From contig JAUWKS010000036.1 of NCBI GenBank assembly GCA_030614005.1, positions 1-32,000 of the forward strand: 32,000 bases of DNA. Direction: 5' to 3'. Of this stretch, positions 26,012-32,000 are shown piece by piece. Every line of letters starts with the position of its first letter. Position 1 is the first letter of the stretch. The position numbers and the translations under genes are program-made. The notes below the pieces were generated by a model. The model was not told the DNA's origin, did not search any database, and saw nothing but the letters and a program-made list of their open reading frames with translations. This stretch comes from Candidatus Heimdallarchaeota archaeon (GTDB taxonomy: Archaea; Asgardarchaeota; Heimdallarchaeia; JABLTI01).

Positions 26012-27217
26012 ATGTTAATTGGAATCGTTGGTAAACCTTCTAGTGGTAAGAGTACTTTTCTAAATGCTGCTTGTTTAACTTCATCGAAAGTTGGTGATTA
26101 TCCATTTACTACTATTGAAGCAATTCCCGGTACAGGATATGTTAGGATACCTTGTGTTTGTAAAGAATTGAATGTAGAAGATAATCCACAAAATTCTATC
26201 TGTTTAGATGGTGTGCGATTGGTTCCAGTTCAGTTACTTGATGTTGCAGGGTTGGTACCCGATGCTTGGAAAGGTCGAGGTTTAGGAAATAAATTGTTGG
26301 ATGATTTACGAAGAGCAGATGTTTTAATTCACGTTATTGATTTTTCCGGATCGTTAGATGAGGATGGTAATAATATTGAACGCGGAAGCTATGATCCTGA
26401 AAAAGACATTGATTTTCTTAGTTTTGAAGTAGTAAAGTGGCTCGAGCAAGTGCTCAGGAAAGATTGGACAAGACTAAGCCGAACCTCTGAAACAGAAAGA
26501 ATACCTATAGACAAGCTTCTTGCAGAAAAGCTTGCAGGTTTGCAAATAAAAAGAATTCATATCAAGAAAGCACTAACGAAATCAAAAGTAAATATCGCAA
26601 TTCCAACTAAATGGTCTGATGAGGAATTATTACATTTCCTAACTATTCTTCGAGAAGAAGCCAAACCAATGATATTTGCTGCAAATAAAATTGATATAGA
26701 AGGTGCCGATGAGAATTTTACTCGTCTTAAGGAAAAATATGGTAAAGATATAATTCCAAGCTCCGCACTTGCTGAATACTTCCTAAGAAAATATGCTGAA
26801 AAGGAAATTATATCCTATACACCTGGTGATAATGACTTTAAAATTCTAAAACCCGAAAAATTATCTGAAAAGGATTCAGCTTCTCTTGAAAAACTTCGAG
26901 TGAATATTCTTCAAAAATATGGTTCTACCGGTGTTCAAAATCTTATTAACAGGGCTGTTTTTGAAATAATGGATGTAATTTCTGTCTATCCTGTGGAAGA
27001 TCAGCAAAAGTACACAGATCATAATGGAAACGTTTTACCTGATGTGTACCTAGTTCCTAGAGGGACAACAGCAAAAGAATTTGCTGGTATGATTCACCAA
27101 GATTTAGCAAAATCATTCATCAATGCAATAATAGTAAAAACCCAACGAAGAGTAGGTGAAAATTATGAATTACAGGATGGGGATATTATTAAAATAAATG
27201 CCGCTGATGGGCAATAA
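26012..27217 (+). CDS. ychF: Archaeal YchF/Obg-family translation-associated GTPase/ATPase with TGS domain
   Basis: GIVGKPSSGKST, YPFTTI, DVAGLVP..GRGLGN, ANKID, C-terminal TGS (GTTAKEFAGMIH). Confidence 0.92.
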   Translation: MLIGIVGKPSSGKSTFLNAACLTSSKVGDYPFTTIEAIPGTGYVRIPCVCKELNVEDNPQNSICLDGVRLVPVQLLDVAGLVPDAWKGRGLGNKLLDDLRRADVLIHVIDFSGSLDEDGNNIERGSYDPEKDIDFLSFEVVKWLEQVLRKDWTRLSRTSETERIPIDKLLAEKLAGLQIKRIHIKKALTKSKVNIAIPTKWSDEELLHFLTILREEAKPMIFAANKIDIEGADENFTRLKEKYGKDIIPSSALAEYFLRKYAEKEIISYTPGDNDFKILKPEKLSEKDSASLEKLRVNILQKYGSTGVQNLINRAVFEIMDVISVYPVEDQQKYTDHNGNVLPDVYLVPRGTTAKEFAGMIHQDLAKSFINAIIVKTQRRVGENYELQDGDIIKINAADGQ

Positions 27218-27224
27218 TAATTAC

Positions 27225-27605
27225 ATGGTGAAAAACTTGAGTAAAGATATAGAAGATTTCCCTAATCTCAAAAAAGAACTTGAAAAGAAAAACAAAGTAC
27301 TTCCCCTTAAATATGTAGATGAGGAAAAAGCACAACAAATTGAGGAAGAAATAGAAGAGGAAACTAAGGAAAAAAAGCCTTTGGTTGATCCATATCGATT
27401 TGTTGGCTATAATCCTACAGTAATTGATTTCATTAGACGTTGTGAAACTGAAAAAGATGCTAAGGAGATAATTGACTTTCTAAAGAAAAAGGGTGATTTG
27501 ACCAAAGAAGACTCAGTAAAACTTCTAAAACAATTAGAATCGGAAGGTTTGAGAAGCTTTGGTGAGAAGAAGCAAGCGGGTTTTTATTCTAAAAATAACG
27601 AGTAG
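27225..27605 (+). CDS. DUF2095 family protein
   Basis: GYNPTVIDFIRRC..EIIDFLKKKG..L..EGLRSFGEKK.AGFY. ATG at 27225 preferred over the overlapping 27198. Confidence 0.85.
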   Translation: MVKNLSKDIEDFPNLKKELEKKNKVLPLKYVDEEKAQQIEEEIEEETKEKKPLVDPYRFVGYNPTVIDFIRRCETEKDAKEIIDFLKKKGDLTKEDSVKLLKQLESEGLRSFGEKKQAGFYSKNNE

Positions 27606-27626
27606 TTCACTGATAGTTTTAATTTG

Positions 27627-29177
27627 TCAGAGTTTAATGAAATCCCATGGGTGCGTTTCTACTTTTTCTCTTTCTTCTGCTAATTTGTTTATGTCTAATC
27701 CGAATTCTTTTAGAGCTCTACGCCAGTCTCCTAGACCTCCTCCAAGTTTTGCAGCAAGTTTCAGAGGTTGTGAAATCTCTTCTCCACTTATTGATAGTAT
27801 TGTTTGAATTCTAGCCCATTTTGGGTTATAAATTTCACAGTCAATTTTTGATTTCTTGGAAAATTGTTTTGTCAAATACTTTCCCTTTGCTTGCAATTCA
27901 CTCAGTGAAAAGATAGATTCATCTTGATATTGTGTTCGAGGTTTTGGTATAAGATATCCACAAGAAAATCTTATTTTTCTGATATTCTTACCTTCCTTTG
28001 CCATTGCGTTTCCTAATCGGACAATGCCATCGATATCCTCTTCAGTTTCACCAGGCAAACCTAGAATAAAGTATGCTTTTATTCTCGAGAGACCTCCTTC
28101 GGAGGCAATACCAATTGCTTGAATTATCTCTTCATCAGTTACTCCCTTGCAAATTTCCTTTCGTAACCGTTCTGTCCCCGCTTCAGGTGCAGTAGTAATT
28201 GTTCTTTGTTTGGATTCCACAAGTGTTTGCACTAATTCCGCGGATATTTTATCAGCGCGGATTGAAGGTAATGAGAAGTTTTTCCCATCTGACAGCATAT
28301 TTTGTAAAAGTTCAACCAATGGTTTATAGTCAGATATCCCAGATCCTATAGGCGTTATTTTGTCTACTTGGCAAGCTTCCGTTCCTAACTGATATAGTTC
28401 TACTAATTTTGAGAGAGAACGTGCTCTTTTTGGTCGAGTTATCTTACTTGTTAAACAGAATGAACATCCTCTATTACATCCTCTGACAACTTCTAACAAA
28501 AATGACTTGCCAAAAACGCCATAATAAGGATCAGTAATTTCTAGTTGTGGGATGATTTGTTCAATTGGATAAAAATAGTCATCTATATTTCCTTTTGGGG
28601 AAAACCTAACTTCTTTATCCTTATTCAAAGTTGGAACCCAAATCCAGGGAAAACTATCAATAGTTTCAAGTCTACTTTTTCTGGAAGAATTGTTTAGAAA
28701 TCCTTCATTTATTAATTGATCATTCACAGGTTCTAAATCACCGATCATAAAAGCATCAATGAATGGCGACATTGGAACTGGATTTGATTGTGCACTTGGT
28801 CCTCCAGCTAGAATTAGAGGGTGCCGCTCATCTCTATCTTTACTCTCGAGTGGAATACTTGCACGTTCTAGAATATTCAAGATGTTGGTATAGTCATCTT
28901 CATATTGCATAGTAAATGCTACTACATCCATTTCTCTCAAAGGTCGATCCGATTCTAAAGTATAAGGTTCAACATTTTTTTTTATTGGTAGGAAAGCTCG
29001 TTCACAAGCAACTCTATCATTGGAATTCCACAAACGATAAATTAATTGCAACCCTAGAGAAGCCATTCCAGCTCGATAGGTGCTGGGGTAACAAAAAGCA
29101 ATTTTAAGATTAACTCTCGATAGATCTTTCTTGATCGCATTAATCTCTTCTATACTGGCTTCAATTTTGTTACTCAT
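27627..29177 (-). CDS. Radical SAM protein with N-terminal B12-binding-like domain (COG1032-like)
   Basis: YPSTYRAGMASLG, CERAF, LAGGP, EVVRGCNRGCSFC, APEAGTERLR, YFILGLPGETEED. Confidence 0.88.
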   Translation of the reverse strand: MSNKIEASIEEINAIKKDLSRVNLKIAFCYPSTYRAGMASLGLQLIYRLWNSNDRVACERAFLPIKKNVEPYTLESDRPLREMDVVAFTMQYEDDYTNILNILERASIPLESKDRDERHPLILAGGPSAQSNPVPMSPFIDAFMIGDLEPVNDQLINEGFLNNSSRKSRLETIDSFPWIWVPTLNKDKEVRFSPKGNIDDYFYPIEQIIPQLEITDPYYGVFGKSFLLEVVRGCNRGCSFCLTSKITRPKRARSLSKLVELYQLGTEACQVDKITPIGSGISDYKPLVELLQNMLSDGKNFSLPSIRADKISAELVQTLVESKQRTITTAPEAGTERLRKEICKGVTDEEIIQAIGIASEGGLSRIKAYFILGLPGETEEDIDGIVRLGNAMAKEGKNIRKIRFSCGYLIPKPRTQYQDESIFSLSELQAKGKYLTKQFSKKSKIDCEIYNPKWARIQTILSISGEEISQPLKLAAKLGGGLGDWRRALKEFGLDINKLAEEREKVETHPWDFIKL

Positions 29178-29184
29178 ACCACAT

Positions 29185-30462
29185 TCACTTGTCCTTCTTT
29201 TTCTCCTTTGCTTTTATTTTCCAATCTTGAGTAATTGTGGGTTGATCAACATAAACAAATTTGCCTGATTCGAGATTTCTTTTAAGAATGACTCCGGTTC
29301 CAATTGCAGAATTATTTCCGACAATAACACCTGGCATAAAGTAAGTGTTAATGGCTGTTTTCACATTATTACCCATTATTACACCCATCTTTCTTCGTCC
29401 AGTAGAAATAACATCTTCTCCTACTTTTGCTTTCACAGCACTATCATCTAATCTAAGATTTCCAGTAATTGTTCCAGCACCGAAATTGCAGTTTGCACCA
29501 ATAATAGAATCACCAACATAGGAAAGATGCCCAATATGTGTTCCATCATAAACAATGGTATTTTTTAATTCACAAGCATTACCAATTCTTATGTTTTTAT
29601 CTAATGAGACGCCTTTTCTCAGGTAACAATTAGGTCCAATATCACAATTCTTCCCTACTGCTAATGGGCCCTCGAGATAACTTCCTGACCTTATTCTTGT
29701 CCCCTTCTCTATAGAGACTTTCCCAATAATAGTTACATTATCTTCTATTGTTCCGTGATTTTTTTCTTTAATAGTAGTAATTAACACTTGATTTGCATCT
29801 AATAAATTCCATAAATAGTTGATTTTCCAAAATTCTGTTTTCTCGATTTCATACGGCATTGTATTAAAGAAGCTGGCAATTTTCGTACTAACTCTTTGGT
29901 AAATATCTGCTACACAAGTTGCTCCTAGTAAATTGCTCTCGAGATATCTTTTAGCAAAATAAGCAATTCCCATGAACTCTTTGTCCTTATCATCTTCCTC
30001 CTCATTCTCTTGTACAAGAGCTAATTTATCTGTACCTTGAGTCTTTCGTAAAAAGTCCTCGAAGAATTTTTTAGAGAAAATTACATTACCTTCAATCCAT
30101 AGAGATTCTTTTGAAAGGAATCCTTCTAATAAATTGGCAGAAATTTCACGTGATAAACCATTCTTTGAATTCAGCTCAAAGAAATGGAATGGACCAATTT
30201 TATTTGGTGGTTCGCTTAAGAGCATATAATCACTTAAAGCCTCTCTAAATCGTACGGTGTCATTCTTAGTGGCAATGATACCAATTTCTTCTACACCGTA
30301 TTTTTTGGTTATTTTGTATATCCAGTCAATGATTTTTTTTCCTGCAACGTGAAATAGTGTTGGTGGAGTATTCTCACTTAACGGTAATAATTGTTCTCTG
30401 TTTTTTTCTGAAACAAAAACAACCAACTTTATTTTTTTCTCTTCCAATATTTCTTCAGCCAT
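29185..30462 (-). CDS. glmU: GlmU-like protein: degenerate nucleotidyltransferase domain plus left-handed beta-helix acetyltransferase
   Basis: Hexapeptide repeats with IGPNCYLR, IGNACELKN, HLSYVGDSIIG..NFGAGT, TGRRKMG. The N-terminal domain has the NTP-transferase layout but lacks its signature; adjacent to glmM. Confidence 0.85.
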   Translation of the reverse strand: MAEEILEEKKIKLVVFVSEKNREQLLPLSENTPPTLFHVAGKKIIDWIYKITKKYGVEEIGIIATKNDTVRFREALSDYMLLSEPPNKIGPFHFFELNSKNGLSREISANLLEGFLSKESLWIEGNVIFSKKFFEDFLRKTQGTDKLALVQENEEEDDKDKEFMGIAYFAKRYLESNLLGATCVADIYQRVSTKIASFFNTMPYEIEKTEFWKINYLWNLLDANQVLITTIKEKNHGTIEDNVTIIGKVSIEKGTRIRSGSYLEGPLAVGKNCDIGPNCYLRKGVSLDKNIRIGNACELKNTIVYDGTHIGHLSYVGDSIIGANCNFGAGTITGNLRLDDSAVKAKVGEDVISTGRRKMGVIMGNNVKTAINTYFMPGVIVGNNSAIGTGVILKRNLESGKFVYVDQPTITQDWKIKAKEKKKDK

Positions 30463-30495
30463 ATGCTTCAAATCCTTTTGCAGTAAATTCGATTA

Positions 30496-31875
30496 CTATT
30501 TCATTAATATATCAATTTCTTTTTTCACTAGAGTTGCATAGAAATCTAGCCTTTCTTGGGATTCTTTCTCGCTCATAGCTTGAGATGTAACTCTAAAATA
30601 AGGTTCTGTTCCACTAGGTCGAATTAGAACCCAACTGTCATCTTCAAAATTAATTCGCAAACCATCGATTTTGAGAATATCTTTGTAATTATCTTTACTT
30701 GACAAGTCCTTATCGAGAGTTGCTAGTATTTTTTGTTTGAACTCATTTTCGCAAGGGACTTTTACTCTTTTAACAGGGTAATCGTTAACTTCATCTACCA
30801 ACTTGCTTAAGGGCCCGCGTTCTGAAACCCATTCCAGAATTTTCAAACCTGTTAATGGTCCATCCGGACATAGATGATATTTTGGATGAATCCACGCACC
30901 ACATGGTTCTCCACCAAATAACGCTTTTTCATTTGCAATCATATTGCCTATAGCAACATCACCAACTTTGGTCCGTTTTACCGTTCCACCAACATTTGTC
31001 ACTAGTTTATCTATTAACATTGAAGCATCTACATGAGTAATGATCAATCCTTTCCCAGAGTTTTGTTCGACTACATACTGGGCATAAAGAGCGATTAAAA
31101 CATCTAATGGTACAAAGCGACCCTTTTCATCAACAGCTACACAACGATCTGCATCTCCATCAAAAGCTAACCCTATTGCTTTTTCGTTATGATGTTGCAC
31201 ACTTGATATCAGAGCGGCAAGGTTTTTACCAACAGGTTCGGATGGACGCGCACTGAAGTAGGCATCAAAAATACCATTTATAGTAAGCATATTTAGTCCA
31301 AGTTTTTCATATACTTGAGCTACTAATTCACTTCCTGCACCCCCACCTGGATCAGCGATTACAGTATTAAATTTCCCTAAGTCAATATTTGATCCTGCAT
31401 CGAGTAACATTTCCTCATAAATAATCGAACCAAATACTTCTCTATCTTCACCAAAGTCTTCCCAAGCTACTTGTTTAAGGGCATTTTCAGCAATAGCTTT
31501 CTCAATTTTCGCTTCATCTTCTGGTGATAAACCCATACTAGTTTTATCGAAAACTTTGATGCCATTATACTCAGGTGGATTATGTGAGGCTGTAAGCATT
31601 ATTCCAGCACAAGCATTTGTTTTATGAGTGTGATAAGCAAGTGCAGGGGTTGGCATAATCCCTTTTCTTTCAACATTACATCCACCGGCTATTATTCCTG
31701 CGCTAATTGCATGTTCAACCATTGGACCAGTTAAACGAGCATCTCTTGCAAGAATTATTTCTGAACCAGAATTATTACAAATAGCTGTCGAAATTGCCAT
31801 GCCAACCTTTGAAATAAATTCCGGGGGAAGATCGGTTACTTTCCGCCGAATACCTGATGTACTGAAAAGCTTCAT
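30496..31875 (-). CDS. glmM: Phosphoglucosamine mutase / phosphomannomutase (alpha-D-phosphohexomutase)
   Basis: LFSTSGIR, LTASHNPPEYNGIK (catalytic Ser), AFDGDADR (metal loop), GGEPCG, IRPSGTEP. Confidence 0.88.
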   Translation of the reverse strand: MKLFSTSGIRRKVTDLPPEFISKVGMAISTAICNNSGSEIILARDARLTGPMVEHAISAGIIAGGCNVERKGIMPTPALAYHTHKTNACAGIMLTASHNPPEYNGIKVFDKTSMGLSPEDEAKIEKAIAENALKQVAWEDFGEDREVFGSIIYEEMLLDAGSNIDLGKFNTVIADPGGGAGSELVAQVYEKLGLNMLTINGIFDAYFSARPSEPVGKNLAALISSVQHHNEKAIGLAFDGDADRCVAVDEKGRFVPLDVLIALYAQYVVEQNSGKGLIITHVDASMLIDKLVTNVGGTVKRTKVGDVAIGNMIANEKALFGGEPCGAWIHPKYHLCPDGPLTGLKILEWVSERGPLSKLVDEVNDYPVKRVKVPCENEFKQKILATLDKDLSSKDNYKDILKIDGLRINFEDDSWVLIRPSGTEPYFRVTSQAMSEKESQERLDFYATLVKKEIDILMK

Positions 31876-32000
31876 TGAGTGTTCAACCTGTGTAGAATAT
31901 CTATAGTATCAAAAAAGAATAGCATTCAAAAATTTATCCTTAAAAAACACAAACATTATTAGAAGAAAGAAAGAAAGAAAAAGAGGATTTTTCCTCGCAA

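Noticed and set aside
150-30578. The many 60-135 aa track ORFs antisense to or overlapping larger genes (e.g. 945..1292, 9665..9961, 17973..18284, 18926..19282)
   Set aside because: Fully nested in well-supported CDS on the opposite strand or another frame, with no motifs; shadow ORFs.
1-32000. CRISPR arrays, IS elements, integrases, tRNA/rRNA, defence systems
   Set aside because: No regularly spaced direct repeats, transposase or recombinase motifs, or cloverleaf structures were seen on manual reading; the nucleotidyltransferase is a conserved housekeeping-type family with no HEPN partner.

Overview
AT-rich archaeal chromosomal DNA, most likely from an Asgard archaeon, plausibly Heimdallarchaeia. 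This is an inference from the rpl7ae-rps28e-rpl24e genes, an archaeal SRP RNA, Tsr3, type-2 IDI, a Rab-like GTPase, an Rpn11-like JAMM protein and kynureninase. The window holds about 31 intact CDS, one frameshifted CDS, two unannotated gene remnants (histidine phosphatase 3' half; aconitase A 3' tail) and the SRP RNA. I found no tRNA, rRNA, CRISPR array, transposase or integrase. The best candidate for an undescribed system is 15.4-22.9 kb. It encodes a JAMM/MPN+ isopeptidase with a coiled coil and C-terminal membrane anchor, a tail-anchored DUF362-ferredoxin, a Rab-like GTPase with coiled-coil, polybasic and Zn-ribbon extensions, a divergent long coiled-coil protein and two HEAT-repeat proteins. 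Functional linkage of these genes is inference only. Other points of note: a +1 frameshift located exactly in a perfect hairpin, a kink-turn-like leader over the rpl7ae Shine-Dalgarno (SD) site, a GlmU with a degenerate nucleotidyltransferase domain, a pilin fused to a PA14-like domain, and frequent TTG starts. All family calls come from motif recognition by eye; no database searches were run.
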